The position numbers and the translations under genes were made by a program. The notes under the pieces are model-generated. The model was not told the origin of the DNA. It saw only the letters and a program-made list of their open reading frames with translations, and ran no database searches. This document shows, piece by piece, positions 49,180-57,836 of a stretch of 64,000 nucleotides of DNA; the stretch's first letter is position 1, and each line of letters begins with the position of its first letter. Origin of the DNA: Dehalococcoidia bacterium. GTDB taxonomy: Bacteria > Chloroflexota > Dehalococcoidia > Lucifugimonadales > UBA1123. Where the stretch lies: assembly GCA_965116415.1 (NCBI GenBank), contig OZ220693.1, forward strand, positions 436,837 through 500,836, read 5' to 3'.

Positions 49180-50463
49180 CTAAGTGCGCGCCCTTACCGA
49201 CGGTCGAGACTTGACAGGCGCCTTCGCCATGAATACCAGGACCATGGACACGAGTGCGGCCCCTGAGAAGCTCAGGAATGCGATAGTGTAGCTGCCTGTC
49301 GTGTCGAATACGTACCCGCTGATGATCGGCCCAACGATGATCCCGAGCATCTGGATCGTGGACCTGAATCCCTGGATCGTCGCGTATGAACGACGTCCGA
49401 AATAGTCGGCAATCAGGGACTGCGGTATCACCGAAATCCCGCCCTGCGAAGCTGAGAATGCCACCAGGATGGGAATCACGGCAGCCACGCTCGGCGCGCG
49501 AGCCATGAACACGATCGACACGGACATCAACGCAAGCGAGGCGACCATCACGTAGCGTTTGTTGATGTAGTCGCCGAGAGCGCTGAGGCCGAACCTGCCG
49601 GGTATGCTCATCAGCCCGACAGAGCCTGCGAGAGCGGCCGCAGTCACGCTCGACGCGCCCAGGTCGACGAAGAACGGCACAAGGTGGAGTCCGATGCCTC
49701 CGCTCACCAGCGAACGCGCCATGATGGACAGCGTCAGGTACCAGAAGCTGGATGTCTGCAGGGCCTCCCGTGCGGTGAAGTCACTCGAGAGGTCCGGCAG
49801 CACCGGACGTCGCGACGCGCCTGACGCCCTGACTTCCTCAGGCACAATCCCATCGGGGTAGTAGCCGTACGGCTCCGGTCTGTGCCTCATGACCGCCGCG
49901 ACCGGAACGCCCAAAGCTGCGATGAAGACGCCTACCATTAAAGCTGCCGGTCGCCAGCCATAAGTTTCCACAAGCCAGCCCAGGGCCGGCACGAACAGGC
50001 CTCCTATTCCAACTCCAGACCACATGATTCCAAAGGCAAGGCCTCGTTTGCGGTTAAACCAGTTGGCTACAGACGCCGTGATCGGGGTGCTCATCCCAAG
50101 ACTGTTGCCCAGGGCGATCATGAACACGTAGACGAAGAAGAACGCCAGCAGCCCGTCGACGCGGCTCATCGCCATGTATCCCAGGCCCATGAGCGGTATG
50201 CCTATCGCAATCAGTCTCCGGGGCCCAAATCGGTCGACGGCCCAGCCTTCTACCGGGCCGATGAGACCTGACTCAAGTCGAGCGACGCTGAAGACGACGG
50301 AGATTGTCGTGCGACTCCAGCCAAATTCCTCGCCCAGCGGAATGATAAAATTCCCGAAGCCGTGGAAGTTGATGCCGGACGCGATCGACATCGCGGCCCC
50401 ACCCGCGACCACAATCCACCAGCCGTAGAATATCCTCGGGTTGTTTGGAACGTTAGCTGCCAG
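49180..50463 (-). CDS. MFS transporter (OFA/MCT-like); start uncertain (CTG 50463 or GTG 50412)
   Basis: FYGWWIV N-terminal motif, DRFGPR, WFNRKRGLA, DYFGRR. Confidence 0.85.
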   Translation of the reverse strand: MAANVPNNPRIFYGWWIVVAGGAAMSIASGINFHGFGNFIIPLGEEFGWSRTTISVVFSVARLESGLIGPVEGWAVDRFGPRRLIAIGIPLMGLGYMAMSRVDGLLAFFFVYVFMIALGNSLGMSTPITASVANWFNRKRGLAFGIMWSGVGIGGLFVPALGWLVETYGWRPAALMVGVFIAALGVPVAAVMRHRPEPYGYYPDGIVPEEVRASGASRRPVLPDLSSDFTAREALQTSSFWYLTLSIMARSLVSGGIGLHLVPFFVDLGASSVTAAALAGSVGLMSIPGRFGLSALGDYINKRYVMVASLALMSVSIVFMARAPSVAAVIPILVAFSASQGGISVIPQSLIADYFGRRSYATIQGFRSTIQMLGIIVGPIISGYVFDTTGSYTIAFLSFSGAALVSMVLVFMAKAPVKSRPSVRART

Positions 50464-50506
50464 TGGTCAGTGAGAGTCGAATTCGGTCCATCATCGGCTG
50501 ACCCGA

Positions 50507-52147
50507 CTAGAACCCGATCGCAGTGCCGTCACGCCTGGGGTCCGCCCCACCCTGGAACGTTCCCTCTTCACGGTTCACCTGGATTCCCTGGGCACCTCCG
50601 ACGGCTGTTGTGAAGGGTTCGTCCAGGTCGATTTCGTGGCCCTTTGCCGCGAGCGCCATGCGAACTGGGGCCGGGAATCGCTCCTCCACTACGACCCTGC
50701 GCTCCTCGAACACACGCAGCCTCGGAGCCTCGATCGCCTCCTGGACATTCATTCCGAAGTCCAGCACGTTCATCACAAACTGCGGCGTGGTCTGGAGGAT
50801 TCCCCAGCTCCCGGGCGTCCCGAGGCTAACATGGAACTTGCCATCCTTGAAGGTCTGCGTTGGGGCGACGCAGAAGTCGACACGCTTGCCGCCCTCAAGA
50901 CGGTTTGGCGCGCCCTCTTCGAGGTCGAACCAGTGCGCCATGTTATTGAGGAACAGGCCGGTGTCGCCGGGTGCGACGGCTGAGCCGAATCCGCCACCGA
51001 GGGTCTGGGTGACCGAGACTACATTGCCGTCGCTGTCCGCAACCGCGAAGTGCGTGGTCATCCCGCCGTCGAATGCGTCAGGACTGCCGGCCATGATCGA
51101 TCCTGAAGGGACCATCCTGCTGAACTGCTCACCTGACACAATTGCGGCCTTGTTGCGGTCGATTCGTGCCCTCTGCTGCTCGGCGTAGCCGTCCGACAGC
51201 AGCGCATCCACAGGGGCCTTTACGTAGTCGGGATCGCCGCCCCACTTGATGCGGTCGGCAACGGCCAGCTTCACGCTCTCAATGTACAGGTGCAGGGTTT
51301 CCGGGTGCTGGAAGATCAGGTCAGAGCCATCGAATCCCTCCATGAGCTTCAGTGTCTCAAGGAGTTGAAAGCCCGTGGAGTTCGGAGGTACCGAGAAAAT
51401 CTCGTAGTCTCGGTAGCTTATGCTGATCGGCTCGCACCACTCAGCATCGTAAGTGGCGAGGTCTTCTTCAGTGAACTGCCCGCCGAGCTCCTGGGCGCCC
51501 TTTACGATCCTGCTTGCTAGGTTGCCCCGGTAGAACTCGTCCTTGCCTCCTTGTGCAATCGCCTTGAGAGACTCTGCGAGCTGCGGCTGCTTGACCCTCT
51601 CCCCCACTCGCGGACCGCTGCCGTTCTTGACCCAGATTCCCGCCGACGGAAACATCGATAGCCTCGGCACGGAGTTGCCGATCGACTTGGCGTTGAAAGG
51701 GGTAATGGGAGTCCCATTGGCTGCGTATCCAATGGCGGGTTCGAATAGCTGTTCCCGTTCAAGTCTGCCGTAGGTCTCGTGGAGAGTCAGCCATCCAGCG
51801 GCGTTGCCGGGGACGAGGGCCGACTTGATTCCGACGTCCTTATCGTTCGCTGAGTATTCTTCAGGATCCGCAGCCGCAGGCATTCGCCCAGAGAAGTTCA
51901 GCGCTCTCACCCGGTCCTCAGCAGCAACGTAGGCGAGCGCAACGCCCACGCCTGCTGCTCCTGACATGAACGGTTCACATACATTGAGAGTCGACGCGAC
52001 TGCGACGGCCGCATCAAAGGCATTGCCGCCCGCCATCATCATTCGAACGCCAGCGAGTGAAGCCAGCGGATGGGCCGATGCTGCCATTCCATTCGTGCCG
52101 ACTGCCGGGGATCGACCTGCTGGAGGAGTTACGGACAAGTTGACCAT
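50507..52147 (-). CDS. Gamma-glutamyltransferase family Ntn-hydrolase
   Basis: GGNAFDAAVA, VPG, PPNS.G, TTHF.VAD (Thr nucleophile), GGADPRRDG. Confidence 0.9.
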   Translation of the reverse strand: MVNLSVTPPAGRSPAVGTNGMAASAHPLASLAGVRMMMAGGNAFDAAVAVASTLNVCEPFMSGAAGVGVALAYVAAEDRVRALNFSGRMPAAADPEEYSANDKDVGIKSALVPGNAAGWLTLHETYGRLEREQLFEPAIGYAANGTPITPFNAKSIGNSVPRLSMFPSAGIWVKNGSGPRVGERVKQPQLAESLKAIAQGGKDEFYRGNLASRIVKGAQELGGQFTEEDLATYDAEWCEPISISYRDYEIFSVPPNSTGFQLLETLKLMEGFDGSDLIFQHPETLHLYIESVKLAVADRIKWGGDPDYVKAPVDALLSDGYAEQQRARIDRNKAAIVSGEQFSRMVPSGSIMAGSPDAFDGGMTTHFAVADSDGNVVSVTQTLGGGFGSAVAPGDTGLFLNNMAHWFDLEEGAPNRLEGGKRVDFCVAPTQTFKDGKFHVSLGTPGSWGILQTTPQFVMNVLDFGMNVQEAIEAPRLRVFEERRVVVEERFPAPVRMALAAKGHEIDLDEPFTTAVGGAQGIQVNREEGTFQGGADPRRDGTAIGF

Positions 52148-52292
52148 GAAGGCTCTCCTACTTGGCTGTTCTACTGACAGGGCTAAACGCTAATGACCGT
52201 TCCGTGCTATGTCAAGCTCGGCTCCGCACAGGATGCTGTGTCAATTTGGTCGGTGCCTCCTTACGGAATCTAGTGTCCCCTCTCCCTCAGGG

Positions 52293-53613
52293 CTGACAGG
52301 GGTAGGTAAAGTATGAAACTGGTATAAGAACTTGGAAAGCGCATGGCTTTCGGGCATCTTTTTGGTACGAATCAGAAAGGTTGCCAGAGATTCGCCATGC
52401 GCCTCCCGCCCGAATGCTATCAGATGAAACAGACCGTTGAGCAGCACATGTCCCATCTCAGACCCTCCCAGATGACGGGAGTCGTTCTGTGGGTTTATGG
52501 GACGATACTGGCCAAGAGTGGCTGTCAGAACGCCGTTGCTGGAGCTCTGACGACCGTGGGTAGCTACAACAGCGTGCGTCAGTACCTCAGAGAGTGGCTC
52601 TACGATGGTCAAGACCGCTCCAAGCCCTGCCGAGTGGAGCTCGACGTGAGGACGTGCTTTGTGCCGCTGTTGAGGTGGGTGCTGTCGCTGTGGCAGTCGG
52701 ACAGGCTGGTGTTGGCGATAGACCCGACGATGAAGGCAGACCAGATAAACTCCATAGTCATAAGCGTGGTCTATCGCAGTTGCGCCATTCCTGTTGCGTG
52801 GCACATCCTGCCCGCCAACAGGCCCGGACAGTGGATAGCGCCTGTGGTCGAGTTGGTGGAACTGCTCTCTTTGGCTGTGCCTGATGATAGGACCGTGCTG
52901 GTGATGTGTGACCGTGGTCTGAGGAGTCCGAGACTGTGGAAGCAGATATGCTCTGTGGGTTGGCATCCGTACATACGACAGTCGATCAACACCGTGTTCT
53001 GCCCTGACGGGGGTACTCGACTGTCGGCACGGACTCTGGTGCCGGGTCCGGGTCATGCATATGTGGGATACGGCACAGCGTTCAGGGATAGTTCCAAGCG
53101 ACGGCGTGGAACGATGATCGTACTCTGGGACATCGATCAGGATGAGCCGTGTGTGGTGATGACCGACCTCAGACCTGCTGAAGCAGGTGTGTGCTGGTAC
53201 GCACTTCGCTTCTGGATAGAGTTGGGCTTCAAGGCGCTCAAGAGTGTCGGGTGGCAATGGCAGAAGACTCGAAGGACTGACCCCAGACGAGTCAGCCGTC
53301 ACTGGCTGGTGTTGTCTGTGGCAACACTGCTGACGCTGGCATATGGGACCAGAGTCGAAGACGCCAATGATCTGGGCAGAACGCCGGATCGTCTCAGAGC
53401 GCCGCCAAAGGTGCTGTCGCCTGCTGCGAGCAGACCTAGAAGAATCACAAGCGTACTGTACCAGGGCATCACCTGGCTGAGTCGCCTGCTGCTCAAAGGC
53501 AGACTGTGGAAGAGGGTCTGGCTGCTTCCTGAAGACTGGCCCCAACCATCGCCCAACCTCAAGATCATCTACCATCCTGATACCTGACACCACACAATAC
53601 CTACCCCTGTCAG
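52293..53613 (+). mobile_element. Complete insertion sequence (IS4-like DDE), 1321 bp
   Basis: Perfect 16-bp TIRs CTGACAGGGGTAGGTA / TACCTACCCCTGTCAG; 11-bp TSD CTCCCTCAGGG at 52282-52292 and 53614-53624. Confidence 0.93.
52397..53587 (+). CDS. DDE transposase (IS4-like)
   Basis: LAIDPT, MCDRG, Y..R.WIE.GFK.LKS (YREK signature); probable ATG at 52397. Confidence 0.9.
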   Translation: MRLPPECYQMKQTVEQHMSHLRPSQMTGVVLWVYGTILAKSGCQNAVAGALTTVGSYNSVRQYLREWLYDGQDRSKPCRVELDVRTCFVPLLRWVLSLWQSDRLVLAIDPTMKADQINSIVISVVYRSCAIPVAWHILPANRPGQWIAPVVELVELLSLAVPDDRTVLVMCDRGLRSPRLWKQICSVGWHPYIRQSINTVFCPDGGTRLSARTLVPGPGHAYVGYGTAFRDSSKRRRGTMIVLWDIDQDEPCVVMTDLRPAEAGVCWYALRFWIELGFKALKSVGWQWQKTRRTDPRRVSRHWLVLSVATLLTLAYGTRVEDANDLGRTPDRLRAPPKVLSPAASRPRRITSVLYQGITWLSRLLLKGRLWKRVWLLPEDWPQPSPNLKIIYHPDT

Positions 53614-53644
53614 CTCCCTCAGGGAGAGGGTTAGGGTGAGGGTG
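53614..53644. repeat. Right part of REP-like palindrome split by the IS (left part 52277-52292)
   Basis: Reconstructed empty site CCCCTCTCCC-TCA-GGGAGAGGG-TTAGGGTGAGGGTG. Confidence 0.7.
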
Positions 53645-53722
53645 AAAACACTGCCTACCAAACTGACACAGTCTCTCCGCACAGCCAGTTGCAGAGGATT
53701 GCAGGTACGCGAGCTGACCCCC

Positions 53723-55891
53723 TTACGAGTCAGGCTCTGTTATCACCACGACCTGGTTCGCATCTACATCCCTAATTACCTGATCCCGTCCACTCGGCCA
53801 GAGCACCTTGATTTCGCCAACTGAATCAGCGCCGCCGAGCCCGAACTCGAGCTCAATGCTATCCATTGACAGGTAACTGGAGCCGGCTCTCACCTCCTGC
53901 ACCTGCGTATGATCACCGGCGGTTAGGAATACCCTCGCTCCCACTGCGTCAGCATTGCTTCCGGCGCCGTCGATCCCCATGCGCCCTTTGAGGCGCAGTG
54001 AAATCCAATTGTTCTCGCCGCCGCCGTTCATCCAGATGAACACAGGCCCCTGCATAGGCTCCCAGGAGTTGGTGCGGCTGTCCCAGACCGGACCGCTGCT
54101 GTTTGTTCCCACAAGGTCAAGATATCCGTCCCCATTCAGGTCAGCGTGTGCCAGTGCCTTCCCGTTGAGATGGAACTTGCTACTGATCCTTTGGCGGTCA
54201 GGGTTGAATGCTGGGTCGTCGGCATCCAGGACTGAGTAGTCCACATCGAGGATATCAAGCAGCTGAGCCCGAACCGTGATGTCTTCGAAGTTCCCCTGCC
54301 CGTCCCCACGCAGCATGCGTCCGGCGGCCGGGTAGCTGCTCTTGCCCGGAGGCCCTTCTGAGCCCAACCAGTAGAGGTCCTGGTCGCCGTCGTTGTCGTA
54401 ATCGAAGAAGGTAGTCCCATACCCGAAGTCGTAGGCTGCCAACCCAGTGGGCTGCTCCCATTCAGGATGTAACCGCCTCCTGTCGAACGATTTGGGGGGC
54501 ATTAACGGACTTGAGACGACTGACGTGCTAGGGGCAACATCTACGAACCGACCGACGGTTCCAACGTCGGCCACGTCCCCTGGCCCGTCATTTCGCAACA
54601 GGTAGTGAAGGCACGTTCCCCAGGCGAATCTCTCTGTGTACCGGCAATCTCCCCCGGGCTCCTCCTGAGGTGGGAATAGTCGCAGATGGAATCCTACGTT
54701 CGTAACGAAGAGATCAAGGTCTTGATCGCTGTCGTAGTCTCCTACTGCAAAACCCATCCAGTTACCGGACTTATCGACGCTCATTGCCTCCGCTACCGGC
54801 GTAAACTGTACGTTCCCAGGAGTGGAGTCGTTTCGAAAGACGTAGGGCCTGTGTCCATCGTTTGCCACCCATAGGTCGGGATCTCTATCGTCATCGTGGT
54901 CGAAGAAGAGGACCGCGTGGGTCCTACCGGATGGGTCGGCTATTCGGTTGCCTTGGGCGTCTACCAGGCTGGGGTCGTATCCTTCGTACTGGAGCCCGGT
55001 TTCCGGGTCTGTGAACAGGACCGGCTGGCCTTCCGCGTCTCTCAGCATGATGGGTCCGCCGTCGACGCCGGCTGCCTCAGCCATCTCCGTGAACGTCAGA
55101 TCGCCGTTGTTGACGTATAGCACGTTGTAGTGGCCCGCATGGGATTCCTGGTCGAACATAAACCAGTCTTCATCCACTGCGTTGCCGACGTAAATGTCTA
55201 GCCAGCCGTCTCCGTCGACATCGGCGCACGCCGCGCTCGATGCCGAACGGAGGTTGACGTGTTCGCCCAGCGCAGACACCGTGATGTCTTTGAACGTTCC
55301 GTCTCCTTGGTTCAGCAGCAGGCGATCACCTATCGTCCTTCTAAGGTGTCTCGACACGAGATCCACCCCCTCGGCCGAGCGGAAGTCCAGCCCGTCGCCG
55401 ATGATCCCCCTCGCTCCAACGTATAGGTCCTTGTGGCCGTCGTTGTCGAGATCGCAGGCAATTGCCCCGCTACTGTTCTGGAATGTGAGGTCCGCACCGG
55501 CATCCGCGGAGACGTTAACGAACGTGCCGTCTCCCTGGTTGCTGTAAAGGAAGTTCGGGTCATCGGCATTCTGCGTAATGTAAAGGTCCTGGTCTCCATC
55601 GTTGTCGTAATCGAAGACAACGGCCGACGGACGGTAGTTGGAAACCTCGAAGCCGTCCTTGAGGGCGTGGGGAGCAACATTTTCGAACGGCGTTATCCCT
55701 GAGGCAGCAGCAGCCTCCACGCTCTCATTCGGGACCAGCGTCGAGACCGATTCAGGGGGATTTGGAAGTGAAGTGGCGGCGGCCTTCGCCGGACTTGGGG
55801 CTGCGCCAACTAGCTGGGAGGAATCATCAGAACATGCGACAATCGCGCAACATAAGGCGAGCCATATAGCTGCTGACAACACATTCTGCAA
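53723..55891 (-). CDS. CRTAC1/ASPIC-UnbV family FG-GAP repeat lipoprotein
   Basis: Lipobox IVAC; repeated D(Y/L)DNDGD.D(L/I)Y motifs; C-terminal SN.DAVGARV...GSSYLS...FGLG...WPSG. Confidence 0.9.
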   Translation of the reverse strand: MQNVLSAAIWLALCCAIVACSDDSSQLVGAAPSPAKAAATSLPNPPESVSTLVPNESVEAAAASGITPFENVAPHALKDGFEVSNYRPSAVVFDYDNDGDQDLYITQNADDPNFLYSNQGDGTFVNVSADAGADLTFQNSSGAIACDLDNDGHKDLYVGARGIIGDGLDFRSAEGVDLVSRHLRRTIGDRLLLNQGDGTFKDITVSALGEHVNLRSASSAACADVDGDGWLDIYVGNAVDEDWFMFDQESHAGHYNVLYVNNGDLTFTEMAEAAGVDGGPIMLRDAEGQPVLFTDPETGLQYEGYDPSLVDAQGNRIADPSGRTHAVLFFDHDDDRDPDLWVANDGHRPYVFRNDSTPGNVQFTPVAEAMSVDKSGNWMGFAVGDYDSDQDLDLFVTNVGFHLRLFPPQEEPGGDCRYTERFAWGTCLHYLLRNDGPGDVADVGTVGRFVDVAPSTSVVSSPLMPPKSFDRRRLHPEWEQPTGLAAYDFGYGTTFFDYDNDGDQDLYWLGSEGPPGKSSYPAAGRMLRGDGQGNFEDITVRAQLLDILDVDYSVLDADDPAFNPDRQRISSKFHLNGKALAHADLNGDGYLDLVGTNSSGPVWDSRTNSWEPMQGPVFIWMNGGGENNWISLRLKGRMGIDGAGSNADAVGARVFLTAGDHTQVQEVRAGSSYLSMDSIELEFGLGGADSVGEIKVLWPSGRDQVIRDVDANQVVVITEPDS

Positions 55892-55900
55892 TTGAGGAGG

Positions 55901-56809
55901 CTAGATCTGCCGCAGTCTCGGGTCCAGCTTGTCCCTTAGCCAGTCACCGAAGAAATTCATCGAAAATACGATCAGCAGAATTGCGCATCCAGGGAAGAAC
56001 GAAATCCACCAGTCCGTTGCAACGTACTGCCTTCCTTCTGACACCATGCTGCCCCACGAAGGCTGCGGGGGAGGAATGCCAACACCGAGGAAGCTAAGTA
56101 CAGACTCAGTGAGTATCAATGAGCCAACCTGCAAAGACGACAACACCATGACGGTGTTTACCACCCCAGGCAGAATGTGCCTCAGGGCTATTCGCAGTCC
56201 CGATGCCCCTGCCACTCTTGCCAGGGCTACATAATCGGTCGTCTTTAGCTGGAGTGTTTCCGCTCGTACCTGTCTTGCGAATGGCGCCCAGGTAAACAGC
56301 GCCAACAGAATGATCACCAGCTCCAGGCTCGGTCCCCAGACCACCGAGGCCACGAGGGCCACGACGATAAATGGCAAGGCGAACACGAAGTCCACAAGCC
56401 TCATTAGTGCCTCATCGATCAAGCCACCAATGTACCCTGATACGAGGCCGACCACGGTCCCGAGCGCAGCGCCGGCAACCAGCACAACAGAGGCTACCAA
56501 CAGGGATATACGCGCGCCAAATATCATTCTGCTGAGAACGTCGCGCCCTATGTGGTCCGTGCCCAATAGGAACTTAGACGATCCCTCCTCATCCCAGACA
56601 GGAGGAACCCTGACATCATCCAGGTCCCCTTCCAGCGGATCGTGCGGGGATACCAGTTCAGCGAAGACGGCAACGAACACCAGGATCAGGACTATCGCCA
56701 CTGGGATAACCGGCCAGCGCCTGAAGGTCTGGAAGATCCCAACGAGACGGTTGCTTGTCGGCGCGAATTCGCGGGAGATAGCGCCCGCATCCGTTCTCTG
56801 GCTACTCAT
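55901..56809 (-). CDS. Peptide/nickel ABC transporter permease (DppC/OppC-like)
   Basis: LGTDHIGRDVLSR, EAA-like loop, ESVLSFLG.G..PP.PSWG. Confidence 0.93.
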   Translation of the reverse strand: MSSQRTDAGAISREFAPTSNRLVGIFQTFRRWPVIPVAIVLILVFVAVFAELVSPHDPLEGDLDDVRVPPVWDEEGSSKFLLGTDHIGRDVLSRMIFGARISLLVASVVLVAGAALGTVVGLVSGYIGGLIDEALMRLVDFVFALPFIVVALVASVVWGPSLELVIILLALFTWAPFARQVRAETLQLKTTDYVALARVAGASGLRIALRHILPGVVNTVMVLSSLQVGSLILTESVLSFLGVGIPPPQPSWGSMVSEGRQYVATDWWISFFPGCAILLIVFSMNFFGDWLRDKLDPRLRQI

Positions 56810-57725
56810 ACCGGATTCTCGGATCCAGCACTCCGTACAGCACGTCCGCGACCAGGCTGGCAGCCAGGAACATCATGCCGAACACGAGGGCCAACCCAGT
56901 AACGAGAGGGAAGTCAGTGTTCAGGGCAGCATTCACTGCAAGTCTTCCTATCCCCGGCCAGGCGAAGACCGTTTCCACGACCACGGTACCGGTCATAAAC
57001 CCTGCCAGAAGGATCATGGCGTAAGTGACCGGCGCAATCAGCGCATTCCTGAAGGCGTGCTTCCAGACAATCGCCCCTGAGCTCACACCCTTCGCTCTTG
57101 CGAGCTTCACGAACTCGCTGTCGAGGACCTCAAGCATCGAGGATCTCGTGAGACGCAGAAGTCCGGCAGCCGGCAGCCATCCCAGCGTCGCAACGGGAAG
57201 AACGAAGTGTTGCCAGTCTCCCCGACGGGAAGTGGGGAGCCAGTCCAGCTGCACGCTGAATATGATGACCAGCACAATGGCTATCCAGAATGGGGGCACC
57301 GACTGCCCAAGAAGCGCGAAGCTCCGGCCCGCATAGTCCCAGGCAGTGCTCCGTTTGACAGCCGACAGCACACCCAATGGAATCCCAAGAATCATCGCAG
57401 CGAGAAAGGAGATTCCAGATAGTTGGAGGGTGGCCGGAAGCGACTCCAAGATCATTTCAAGGGAATTTCGCTGATAGTAGACGGAGTTGCCGAAGTCTCC
57501 ACGCACCGCCTTACCTACCCAAATCATGTACTGGACGACCAGCGGCTTATCTAAGCCCATTGCTTTGCCCTGGGCCTCCCACGCCTCTGATGTAGTGCGT
57601 GTGTACTGCGTCATATACAGATACCGCGGGTCTCCCGTGGCATGGGATAGGGAGAACACGAGCATGGTCAGCCCCAATAGGACGACCACGATCGCGGCGA
57701 GTTTTCGAAGGATTAGTCTTCGCAT
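56802..57725 (-). CDS. Peptide/nickel ABC transporter permease (DppB/OppB-like)
   Basis: GLDKPL..QY, GDFG.S, ARAKG, ETVFAWPGIG, LDPRIR; probable ATG at 57725. Confidence 0.93.
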   Translation of the reverse strand: MRRLILRKLAAIVVVLLGLTMLVFSLSHATGDPRYLYMTQYTRTTSEAWEAQGKAMGLDKPLVVQYMIWVGKAVRGDFGNSVYYQRNSLEMILESLPATLQLSGISFLAAMILGIPLGVLSAVKRSTAWDYAGRSFALLGQSVPPFWIAIVLVIIFSVQLDWLPTSRRGDWQHFVLPVATLGWLPAAGLLRLTRSSMLEVLDSEFVKLARAKGVSSGAIVWKHAFRNALIAPVTYAMILLAGFMTGTVVVETVFAWPGIGRLAVNAALNTDFPLVTGLALVFGMMFLAASLVADVLYGVLDPRIRYE

Positions 57726-57770
57726 TCTAAGTTGCCGGTCATCCGGAGTGAGGACTCTAGCCAAGGACGA

Positions 57771-57804
57771 TCAGGCAGCGACCACCGAATGTGCCGCTGC
57801 CTGA
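57771..57804 (-). terminator. Intergenic hairpin after the SBP gene (partial terminator or mRNA stabiliser)
   Basis: 10-bp stem TCAGGCAGCG/CGCTGCCTGA. Confidence 0.55.
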
Positions 57805-57836
57805 AGTCCAAGTGCCCTCACCCAGACGCGGGGTAG

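Noticed and set aside
52241-53593. 450-aa ORF antisense to the transposase
   Set aside because: Shadow ORF with no recognisable motifs; the plus strand carries the DDE/YREK signatures
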